Assembly: GCA_902528805.1 (NCBI GenBank)
Contig: CABZUC010000001.1
Coordinates: 16,908 to 80,907, forward strand
DNA from: an uncultured Alphaproteobacteria bacterium
GTDB lineage: Bacteria > Pseudomonadota > Alphaproteobacteria > HIMB59
Length of the DNA: 64,000 nt
Direction of reading: 5' to 3'
Shown: piece after piece, positions 10,969-18,332 of the stretch
Layout: each line of letters begins with the position of its first letter
Numbering within the stretch: the stretch's first letter is position 1
Program-made: the position numbers and the translations under genes
The notes under the pieces: model-generated
Database searches by the model: none
Told to the model about the DNA's origin: nothing
What the model saw: the letters and a program-made list of their open reading frames with translations, nothing else

Positions 10969-11432
10969 CCAAAATTTTTTCAATATCTTTATTATTTATA
11001 TTCTCATTTTTACATGCAAGTGAAAGAAATATTGTTGACTCAATATCTGAGAATGAAAGATTACAAAAATTAAATGAATTTGTAATTGCTTCTGAACTTT
11101 CAAATAATTTATTAGATTATGAAAATTTAACATTATTTGCTCCTTTAGATGATGCCTTTGCTGCTTTAAGTGCAAAAACTTACTATGGATATCTAAAAGA
11201 AAAAAACAAAGATCAACTTCAAAGTTTAGTTAATTTTCATTTTGTTGAAGGCGAATTCAATACTGAAAATGTTGAAGATACAATCAACACAAAATCAATT
11301 AATGGTCTAGATTTAGAAATAAAAAAAATTAATGGGATTTTATATGTGAATGGTGCTGAAGTTGTTGAGTCCGATATAAAGTTTTCTGATGGTATTATTC
11401 ATTTAACTAATAGAGTATTAATACCTAAGTAA
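10965..11432 (+). CDS. Fasciclin (FAS1) domain protein
   Basis: H1 motif TLFAP.DDAF and H2 motif GIIH.TNRVLIP, with a signal peptide. Confidence 0.9.
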   Translation: MTKIFSISLLFIFSFLHASERNIVDSISENERLQKLNEFVIASELSNNLLDYENLTLFAPLDDAFAALSAKTYYGYLKEKNKDQLQSLVNFHFVEGEFNTENVEDTINTKSINGLDLEIKKINGILYVNGAEVVESDIKFSDGIIHLTNRVLIPK

Positions 11433-11444
11433 AACTTCGAACCA

Positions 11445-12890
11445 CTAGTCCTCAACAACCATTGTATCTTTTGAGCCGCCGCCCTGTGAGCTATTTACAA
11501 TAGTGCTACCTTTTTTCAAAGCGACCCGAGTTAAACCGCCCATAGTAACGTACGTTTCCTTGCCAGATAATATAAATGGTCTTAAATCTTGATGTCTGGG
11601 CTCCATACTACTTCCTTGAAGTGTGGGAGTAGTTGATAAAATTTCCAAAGGTTGAGCTATGTAGTTTCTTGGGCTGTGGGTGATCTTTCTAGCATATGCA
11701 TCCCTTTCTGATCTTGTAGCTTTAGGTCCAACTAATATTCCATAGCCACCAGAGCCATCAGCTGGTTTTACAATCATTTTTGACAAATTAGCTATGACAT
11801 GATCTCTTTGTTTTTTATTATAACATAAAAAAGTTTCTACTTGGTTAAGTTTAGGCTCTTCATCTAAATAATATTTAATTATTTTTGGAACATAAGAATA
11901 AATAACTTTATCATCAGCAACACCACTACCTGGGGCATTGATTAGACCCACATTTCCTTTTCGATAGGATTTGTATAAGCCAGCAACCCCCAAAAGTGAT
12001 TCTTTATAAAACGTTTTAGGGTCCAAAAAAGTATCATCAATTCTTCTGTATATGCAGTCTACTCTTAATCCCCCTTTAACTGTCTTCACATAAACTTTAT
12101 CATCTTCTACATACAAATCCTTTCCTTCGACCAATGCAACTCCCATTTGCTGAGCTAAAAAAGAGTGTTCAAAATATGCAGAATTGTAAACTCCAGGAGT
12201 CAATACAACCATTGTTGGTGTATTTTTTTTATATGGAATGGCATCTACCATGCAATGATATAACCTATTGCAATATTGATTGATTGAGGAAACTCTGTAG
12301 CGAGTAAACAACTCCGGGAAAACTTCTCCCATTACCATTCTGTTCTCTAACATGTATGATACGCCTGAGGGAACTCTTAAATTATCCTCTAAAACTAAAA
12401 ACTCACCCTTTATATTTCTTATTAAATCTATTCCAGAGATATGAGACCAAATTTTTCTTTTAGGTTTAAATCCATCGCATTGTTTTAAATAATTTTTTGA
12501 GTCAAAAACTAATTCGTAAGGTAATACCTTGTCTTTAAATATTTTTTTATCATTATAAACATCGTTAATAAAAAGATTCAAAGCCTTACATCTTTGAATT
12601 AACCCTTTTCTAACTTTCAACCATTGTGACCTTAATATTATTCTTGGTATTATGTCTAATGGCCATTTTTTTTCTTCCGCAGCTTTTTTATCTGCAGAAT
12701 AAACTTTAAAATTAATGCCTCTAGAGCTAATAGTGCTTTGACAATTTTGTTCTATTCTTGCTAAATCTTTACTTGTATAGCCATTTAGTATTTTTGAGAT
12801 TACTCTTGCCTCTTTTCTTAACTTTCTATCAGACGTAAGATACTCATCATAACTACTCTTAGAATTATAATCATTCCAGTTAATAGACAC
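11445..12890 (-). CDS. Circularly permuted type 2 ATP-grasp protein (DUF404/DUF407)
   Basis: VLEDNLRVPSGVSYMLENR, YNSAYFEH, IYRRIDD, GSGGYG, DLRPF and VNSSQGGGSKDT. Confidence 0.93.
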   Translation of the reverse strand: MSINWNDYNSKSSYDEYLTSDRKLRKEARVISKILNGYTSKDLARIEQNCQSTISSRGINFKVYSADKKAAEEKKWPLDIIPRIILRSQWLKVRKGLIQRCKALNLFINDVYNDKKIFKDKVLPYELVFDSKNYLKQCDGFKPKRKIWSHISGIDLIRNIKGEFLVLEDNLRVPSGVSYMLENRMVMGEVFPELFTRYRVSSINQYCNRLYHCMVDAIPYKKNTPTMVVLTPGVYNSAYFEHSFLAQQMGVALVEGKDLYVEDDKVYVKTVKGGLRVDCIYRRIDDTFLDPKTFYKESLLGVAGLYKSYRKGNVGLINAPGSGVADDKVIYSYVPKIIKYYLDEEPKLNQVETFLCYNKKQRDHVIANLSKMIVKPADGSGGYGILVGPKATRSERDAYARKITHSPRNYIAQPLEILSTTPTLQGSSMEPRHQDLRPFILSGKETYVTMGGLTRVALKKGSTIVNSSQGGGSKDTMVVED

Positions 12891-12996
12891 TCTAAGAGAA
12901 TACAGTAAATGATAATTGACGGTTATGCATAGTTTAGATTGCTAATATGTAAATATTCGTTTGTATTTATTTAAAATTAGCTATTTAATTAAACCT

Positions 12997-13722
12997 ATGA
13001 CTTATTGTGTAGGCATTAAAGTAAATGAGGGAATGGTTTTTGCCTCAGACAGAAGAACTAATGCGGGACTAGACAATTATAATTCATATTCCAAAATGTA
13101 TGTCCACAATGGTATTGATAGAAATATTGTTATTTTAACATCTGGTAATTTGGCAACATCTCAAGCTGTTTTTAATTCAATTAACAAAGATTTAGAAGAT
13201 CCCACAAATGGAAATAGTTTGAACAATCTCTATAACCTCAATGAAATTGCGAAATATATTGGAAGATTAACAGTCCGACACTCCTCTCCAGATGGCATCA
13301 ATCAGGTAACATTAGAGTTAGGGTCAACATTCATTGTAGGAGGACATATTAAAGATCAAGACTCTGATCTTTACTTAGTTTACCCACAAGGAAATTTTAT
13401 CAAATCGAGCGATTTCAAACCCTACCTTGTTATTGGAGAGATAAAATACGGAAAACCAATACTAGATAGAGTTGTAAAGTCTGATACTTATCTTGGTGAT
13501 GCCGCCAGGTGTGCTTTAATAAGTATGGATAGCACAATGAAGGCAGATTTATCTGTTGGACCACCAATCGATCTAGTTGTTTATAAAAACGATATGTCAA
13601 AGATTGTTTACCAACAGTCACTTGAAATCAATGATGATGATTATCAATATGTTTCAAAACAATGGGAAAAAGGAATATTTGAAATTTTTAAATCTTTCGA
13701 TCGCTTTCAATGGGAAGATTAA
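12997..13722 (+). CDS. Anbu / proteasome-type Ntn peptidase
   Basis: MTYCVG..SD.RTNAG.D with catalytic Thr after Met, GNLATSQ, GE.KYGKPILDR and SMDSTM..DLSVG.P. The start is placed at the MTYC ATG, not 12961. Confidence 0.92.
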   Translation: MTYCVGIKVNEGMVFASDRRTNAGLDNYNSYSKMYVHNGIDRNIVILTSGNLATSQAVFNSINKDLEDPTNGNSLNNLYNLNEIAKYIGRLTVRHSSPDGINQVTLELGSTFIVGGHIKDQDSDLYLVYPQGNFIKSSDFKPYLVIGEIKYGKPILDRVVKSDTYLGDAARCALISMDSTMKADLSVGPPIDLVVYKNDMSKIVYQQSLEINDDDYQYVSKQWEKGIFEIFKSFDRFQWED

Positions 13723-13725
13723 AAA

Positions 13726-13884
13726 GTGGAACCATCTCCCTTTGTAGCTAATATATCTAGTATAATAGTAGTTGGTCTTGCCCTAATGTCTTTTTATCTC
13801 ATGGCAAGGAAAAAGGGTCAGTATGTAGATATTATGTTTGGTTTTATTTTAGGAATAATACTTCTTTTAAAAATTATTTATTGA
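13726..13884 (+). CDS. 52-aa two-TM micro-protein (not in ORF track)
   Basis: GTG start 3 bp after the Anbu stop: MEPSPFVANISSIIVVGLALMSFYLMARKKGQYVDIMFGFILGIILLLKIIY*. Confidence 0.6.
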   Translation: MEPSPFVANISSIIVVGLALMSFYLMARKKGQYVDIMFGFILGIILLLKIIY

Positions 13885-13958
13885 CAACAGCCATCGCCGC
13901 AAGTGCAACAGCATGAGCAAGAACATCCACAATCAGGTTTAGGTTTATTATTTTCCAT
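13878..13958 (-). CDS. 26-aa Cys-rich metallothionein-like peptide (not in ORF track)
   Basis: MENNKPKPDCGCSCSCCCTCGDGCCQ*: 9 Cys in the last 17 residues, a locally GC-rich patch in AT-rich DNA, and a stop overlapping the convergent neighbour's stop. Confidence 0.7.
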   Translation of the reverse strand: MENNKPKPDCGCSCSCCCTCGDGCCQ

Positions 13959-14044
13959 AAATTTTAATACCATTTATTTTTTAATATTACAATAAAATGA
14001 AATATTTGAAAAATTAGGATTAATTAGCTAAGTTTTGCAATAAA

Positions 14045-14653
14045 ATGACGTCACTTCGCAAAGGAATAGGGAATACCAAAGATATTGAGGACTATTATGA
14101 CAAATGGTCTAAAACCTATAATGAAACATTATATAAATGGGAATATAAAGCACCTACGCAAACGATTAACATTCTAAAGAGATTTCTTAAAAGAGAGCCC
14201 AAATATCTTTTAGATTTAGCTTGTGGAACCGGGCTTTTTATAGAAAAATTTTTAAAAACATACCCTAAGACTATATGCGACGGATCAGATATTTCTAAAA
14301 GTATACTTAACGAAGCAAAGGGAATTAGAAAATATAGAAATCTTTATAAAAAGAGTTTTGAGAAGAAGATTAATACACCAAATAAATACAACATAGTTAG
14401 CTTAATCGGTGCCATGACATATTGTAAAAATCATCAAATACTTTTTGATTTAGTTTCAAATTATCTATATGAGAATGGTTATTTTATCTTTACTCAAAGG
14501 ATAGATATATGGAAAGATCTCGAATTTGATAACATATTAAAATCTAGATCTGATTTTAAATTTTTATATAAATCTAGACCTTTAAACTACCTACCCAAAA
14601 ATAAAGACTTTGGAAAAGATATAAAAATTAGGATTGTTTTGTTAAAAAAATGA
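14045..14653 (+). CDS. Class I SAM-dependent methyltransferase
   Basis: YYDKWS..Y N-terminus and motif I LLDLACGTG. Confidence 0.9.
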   Translation: MTSLRKGIGNTKDIEDYYDKWSKTYNETLYKWEYKAPTQTINILKRFLKREPKYLLDLACGTGLFIEKFLKTYPKTICDGSDISKSILNEAKGIRKYRNLYKKSFEKKINTPNKYNIVSLIGAMTYCKNHQILFDLVSNYLYENGYFIFTQRIDIWKDLEFDNILKSRSDFKFLYKSRPLNYLPKNKDFGKDIKIRIVLLKK

Positions 14654-14666
14654 GTGAAAATAAAAT

Positions 14667-14855
14667 ATGATTTGGGAAATAATTTTTTGGCTGTTTTTAA
14701 TTCCAATTACACTTTGGTTGATAAACAAGATTTTTAGATATAGTGCTGCAGGAATACCATTTATTAAAAACAATAAAAAAATATATTGGGTTTTTATGAT
14801 TGGATTAATTTTAATAATTAATTTTTTAGTAGATAAATTTTATCTTGTAAATTAA
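14667..14855 (+). CDS. Small 2-TM hypothetical protein
   Basis: 62 aa with two hydrophobic helices. Confidence 0.65.
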   Translation: MIWEIIFWLFLIPITLWLINKIFRYSAAGIPFIKNNKKIYWVFMIGLILIINFLVDKFYLVN

Positions 14856-14857
14856 AT

Positions 14858-15043
14858 ATGTCAGAAATAATTGTATTAACTAAAAATCCAAATTTTATGT
14901 GGTTTGTTTCATTTGGTTGTTTAGCATTTACGTTTGCAACGTGGCATATATGTCAAAAAAACAATAAATGGAAAAATGTTTATGAAATTTGTAAATATCT
15001 CACAGCAGGATGTCTTTTGTTAATGTTTTTCAATATGTATTAA
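14858..15043 (+). CDS. Small 2-TM hypothetical protein
   Basis: 61 aa, starting 2 bp after the previous stop. Confidence 0.6.
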   Translation: MSEIIVLTKNPNFMWFVSFGCLAFTFATWHICQKNNKWKNVYEICKYLTAGCLLLMFFNMY

Positions 15044-15063
15044 TAGTTTATAGTGTTTTATAC

Positions 15064-15102
15064 ATGCCGCCGTAGATCAGTGGTAGAGCACACCCTTGGT
15101 AA
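15064..15102 (+). repeat. attL-like direct repeat: 5' half of tRNA-Thr(GGT)
   Basis: ATGCCGCCGTAGaTCAGTGGTAGAGCACACCCTTGGTAA matches 17134-17172 at 38/39 positions (mismatch at 15076) and stops at the last base of the anticodon loop. Confidence 0.95.
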
Positions 15103-15184
15103 TTATGTTCTAATGTGGAAAATAATGGAAGGAGTAAGACAAATCGTTAAAAAATAAGAATTGTCTGTAGTAGTCAGGAAAACT

Positions 15185-15204
15185 AAATTGGACAAAATTG
15201 GATA
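15185..15204 (+). repeat. Tandem 10-bp repeat pair, putative left integrase arm site
   Basis: AAATTGGACA-AAATTGGATA; counterpart at 17054-17073. Confidence 0.5.
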
Positions 15205-15304
15205 AATTAAGGGGTGTCTATCTGGCACTCCCTAACCTCTAAAATATATTTATTAGTAAGTGTTTATTCTAGATACCCACTTAAAAATTTATTATCATTT
15301 ACTT

Positions 15305-15991
15305 ATGTCTATAGTTCTTCATTACAACGAGATTGTATCAATTGAGAAACAAAATTTACAAAGAGGAATGAATTTTAGATGTAATCCTGAATATTCTGTC
15401 CTTTTAATGTCTACTAGAAATAATGCACCATTTGAGGATGAAGTTGTTGCGGATGGAAGAGTGCTTATTTATGAGGGTCATAACGCATATAAAAATCACA
15501 CTGATAAAGATCCCTATTCAGTTGACCAACCAAGACATACTCCAAATGGAAAACTAACAGATAATGGTAAGTTTGAAAAAGCTGCTTTAGATTTTAAAGA
15601 AGGAAATGAAAAACCTGAAATAGTTAGAGTATATGAGAAAATAAAAGATGGCGTTTGGTCATTTAATGGAATTTTTAAGCTAGTTGATGCTTATGAAAAA
15701 GAGATTGATGGAAGAAGTGTGTTTAAATTCATTCTAACGCTCACAGATAAGCCTATGAATGAAAATGAAACTGAGATTAGATTAAAAGAACATGCAAGAT
15801 TAATTCCATCAAAAGTCAAAGCTGAAGTTTGGGCACGAGATAAAGGAAAATGTGTAGAATGTGAAAGTACAGATCATCTTCATTTTGATCATATACTTCC
15901 ATACTCTAAAGGGGGTACTTCTGAGTCAGCAGAAAATATCCAACTACTGTGTGCTAGGCATAATTTACAAAAAAGTGATAAAATAATTTAA
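15305..15991 (+). CDS. HNH endonuclease with SRA/YDG-like N-terminal domain (putative modification-dependent restriction enzyme)
   Basis: C-terminal RD.GKCVEC...HFDHILPYSKGG....NIQLLC..HN. The N-terminal LIYEG...DQ....N....A.....VRVY....W.FNG.F.LV pattern resembles SRA domains. ATG 15305 is preferred over GTG 15260. Confidence 0.8.
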   Translation: MSIVLHYNEIVSIEKQNLQRGMNFRCNPEYSVLLMSTRNNAPFEDEVVADGRVLIYEGHNAYKNHTDKDPYSVDQPRHTPNGKLTDNGKFEKAALDFKEGNEKPEIVRVYEKIKDGVWSFNGIFKLVDAYEKEIDGRSVFKFILTLTDKPMNENETEIRLKEHARLIPSKVKAEVWARDKGKCVECESTDHLHFDHILPYSKGGTSESAENIQLLCARHNLQKSDKII

Positions 15992-16930
15992 ATGAAAACC
16001 CTCTTAGCTCTATTGTTATTAATTCCTAGCTTGAGTTGGGGATTGACATTTAAAAGTGATGGTTCAATTGTGGATAGAGACGGTAATGAATTACAATCCG
16101 CTAGTGAAATAGTAAAAGATGAAAATAATCAAAATTACTCATCACAACCTAATATCAAAGGTTTAAATCTCACAATTAGTGTTCCTAACGTAAATCCCGA
16201 TCAAATCTTTTATAAAAATGGAAAAGAAATAGGAAGAAAAGTAAATGGCATAAATGTTGTAAGAGAAAAAGAGGGTTTTCCAGTCTTTGCTGGTAAAACA
16301 AGTATAGAGTTTAAAGTTACGAGATTTGATGCTGGATGTAATAAAAGTGGCAATTACTGTGATGAGAGATATGGAAGAAGTAGACAAGAATATTTAGATA
16401 GATATAAAAAGTTAGAAAATACAGAATATATTTATGAGTGGGCAATTTTTTTTCCTTCAGACTATAAGTCATTAGTTTATGGGAATGTGATTTACGGTCA
16501 AATGCATTATGACGACGAAGAAAAAGGATGTTCAAATGCAGTTTCATGGTGGTTTCATGATCGAAAAATTGTCAGTGAGAATAAAAGTGCTTTACATTTT
16601 TCTAATAAATCTGATCCCTCACCCGCATATCCAATAATTGATTTGGAAAATGAATTAAATCAGTGGCATTTTTTGAAAATTCACATTAGATATGCAGAAA
16701 ATAAAAAGGGCAAAATTAGACTTTATAAAAATAATGAGCTTGTAAAAAAATATGATGATGTAACAACATTAACTAAGGGTTGTTCTAAAGGTTTTTTTAA
16801 ATTTGGTATTTATAGAAACGGTCATGAGAGATATTGGATAGATGGAAATTTCGATGATCTTCACACACAGACAGTGTATTATGACAACGTTTATGTTTAT
16901 AAACCAAAAAAAGATGAGAGATTTAATTAA
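15992..16930 (+). CDS. Secreted polysaccharide-lyase-like (PF14099-type beta-jelly-roll) protein
   Basis: Signal peptide; G..SIEF.V, R.E, YEW.IFFP.DY, GQMH, FKFGIYR and YYD. Confidence 0.75.
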   Translation: MKTLLALLLLIPSLSWGLTFKSDGSIVDRDGNELQSASEIVKDENNQNYSSQPNIKGLNLTISVPNVNPDQIFYKNGKEIGRKVNGINVVREKEGFPVFAGKTSIEFKVTRFDAGCNKSGNYCDERYGRSRQEYLDRYKKLENTEYIYEWAIFFPSDYKSLVYGNVIYGQMHYDDEEKGCSNAVSWWFHDRKIVSENKSALHFSNKSDPSPAYPIIDLENELNQWHFLKIHIRYAENKKGKIRLYKNNELVKKYDDVTTLTKGCSKGFFKFGIYRNGHERYWIDGNFDDLHTQTVYYDNVYVYKPKKDERFN

Positions 16931-17060
16931 AATTGTTGTCCTATTTTTATTTTTACCTAATTTAAGCTTGGGACTGAAATTTAGTGATGGTAAACAGGTT
17001 TCAGAAAAAAAAGTATTAGGATCGTTAACTAAAAATTTTAATCTTTATAAGATAAACTGA
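16914..17060 (+). pseudogene. Truncated paralog (leader only) of the 17217-18332 gene
   Basis: MRDLIK...LPNLSLGLKFSDGKQVSEKKVLGSLTKNF followed by a stop. Homology to the paralog ends at about 17043. Confidence 0.8.
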
Positions 17061-17073
17061 ATAAAAGTGGATA
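17054..17073 (+). repeat. Tandem 10-bp repeat pair, putative right integrase arm site
   Basis: AAACTGAATA-AAAGTGGATA; 17053-17074 matches 15184-15205 at 18/22 positions. Confidence 0.45.
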
Positions 17074-17096
17074 ATTTTTTTTAAAAAAATTGTAAG

Positions 17097-17124
17097 TTGT
17101 TAAAAAGCTATATAAATATATTGT
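17097..17124 (+). promoter_or_regulatory. Putative sigma70 promoter of tRNA-Thr
   Basis: TTGTTA-N16-TATTGT. An equivalent TTTTCA-N16-TATAGT (15027-15054) lies at the same offset before the tRNA fragment. Confidence 0.45.
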
Positions 17125-17135
17125 TTTTTAACTAT

Positions 17136-17210
17136 GCCGCCGTAGCTCAGTGGTAGAGCACACCCTTGGTAAGGGTGGGGTCGGAAGTTCAATTCTTCTC
17201 GGCGGCACCA
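17136..17210 (+). tRNA. tRNA-Thr(GGT)
   Basis: GCCGCCG/CGGCGGC acceptor stem, CACCC-TTGGTAA-GGGTG anticodon arm, GTTCAATT T-loop and CCA end. Confidence 0.98.
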
Positions 17211-17216
17211 TCTTCA

Positions 17217-18332
17217 TTAATTTTCCATGGTTTTTTCATATTCAAGTTTTCTTAATTTCTTCTTTAATTTATTAATTTTCCTTGATTTTTCGATATCGTA
17301 ATTTATGACAACTTCTTTTTTAAGCTTATCAATTTCCTCTTCAATAATTTCAATATCGCTTTTTTTATAGAAATATTCTTGCTGAGCCAACTTACTTAGA
17401 CTTGAGGTAACTTCATCTTCTGTTTTACCAATTCTTATTTCATCAAAATATATAATTGTGGTTCCACCATCTGAACCAGTTGCCCAGATATACTCTAACC
17501 AATTTCTATAAATACCAAACTTAATATAAGCTTTATCACCTGCTTCCCAAAGGGTTGGACCGTAATATTCATATTTTAAAATTCCATTTGCCCATACTTT
17601 AAAAAAACCATTCTCTTTATGTGACCATTTAAAATTCATCAAAACATCGTTCCATCTTCCAATCATTTCAGCTTTTGTAATTGCAACTTTTGATACATTA
17701 TCATTTGGTCCATCGCATTTACAATTCGTGCCTTTTACATTATTAAAGGGCATGTAATTAGCATCTTTTGCTTCAAAATGAAATTTTTGAGGGTACTTTA
17801 ATATTCCACTCTTATCTTTGTTGTCTGTATGAAACTGAAACATTTTCAAACTTGAAGGAGAAATGGCTTTGAAGTCTTTAGGTGCATAAATTGAAAAAGA
17901 GTACCAGTATTCCCCACTGCCCCAAGACTGTCTACCTGATAGCTCTGCTCTTTCTGATTTACCATTAGTTCTCGTGCAATCATTTGCTGGTTGATTTTCC
18001 CAACCAACTTTATCGGGATTTTCGTCAGATCCTGCGCACTCACCAGGTCTCACTTCAAACCTAATGCTTAATTTCCCATCTCTAACTGGGTGTCCTTCGT
18101 CAGAAGAAACAATTTGAATTTGATGTTCTGTTCCTAATGTTCCCTCACTGATACTCCATTTACATCCTAATCCAGAAGAAATATCATCTGGAAGACAAAA
18201 TGGTTCATTTTGATCAAAGTTTTTAGTTAACGATCCTAATAGAGTCTTTTCTGAAACTTGCTTACCGTCACTAAAAGTTAGCCCCCCAGCCAAAATAGGA
18301 AATAATAACAATATTGTTAAGAGGGTTTTCAT
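17217..18332 (-). CDS. Secreted polysaccharide-lyase-like protein with C-terminal coiled coil
   Basis: HPVRDG..SIRFEVRPG.C, ERAEL, WYSFSIY.P, FQFH, GFFKVW.NG, IKFGIYR and YFDE. Confidence 0.8.
   Translation of the reverse strand: MKTLLTILLLFPILAGGLTFSDGKQVSEKTLLGSLTKNFDQNEPFCLPDDISSGLGCKWSISEGTLGTEHQIQIVSSDEGHPVRDGKLSIRFEVRPGECAGSDENPDKVGWENQPANDCTRTNGKSERAELSGRQSWGSGEYWYSFSIYAPKDFKAISPSSLKMFQFHTDNKDKSGILKYPQKFHFEAKDANYMPFNNVKGTNCKCDGPNDNVSKVAITKAEMIGRWNDVLMNFKWSHKENGFFKVWANGILKYEYYGPTLWEAGDKAYIKFGIYRNWLEYIWATGSDGGTTIIYFDEIRIGKTEDEVTSSLSKLAQQEYFYKKSDIEIIEEEIDKLKKEVVINYDIEKSRKINKLKKKLRKLEYEKTMEN

Larger units (their letters stand above)
15064..17172 (+). mobile_element. Small integrase-less genomic islet inserted at the tRNA-Thr anticodon loop, on the 5' side of the intact gene
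   Basis: Flanking tRNA-half direct repeats 2,070 bp apart, arm-like repeats at both ends, and cargo of a nuclease, a lyase-like gene and a truncated gene. Confidence 0.8.

Noticed and set aside
15086-15113. dif-like site (TTATGTT after a 6-bp spacer) at the left junction
   Set aside because: Only part of a XerD arm matches, and the left arm is tRNA sequence unlike a XerC arm. It may be part of the integrase core site, but a dif call is unsupported.
15066-17210. Group I intron with homing HNH endonuclease interrupting tRNA-Thr
   Set aside because: The downstream tRNA is complete rather than a 3' exon, I see no group I core elements, and the insert carries unrelated cargo. An att duplication explains it better.
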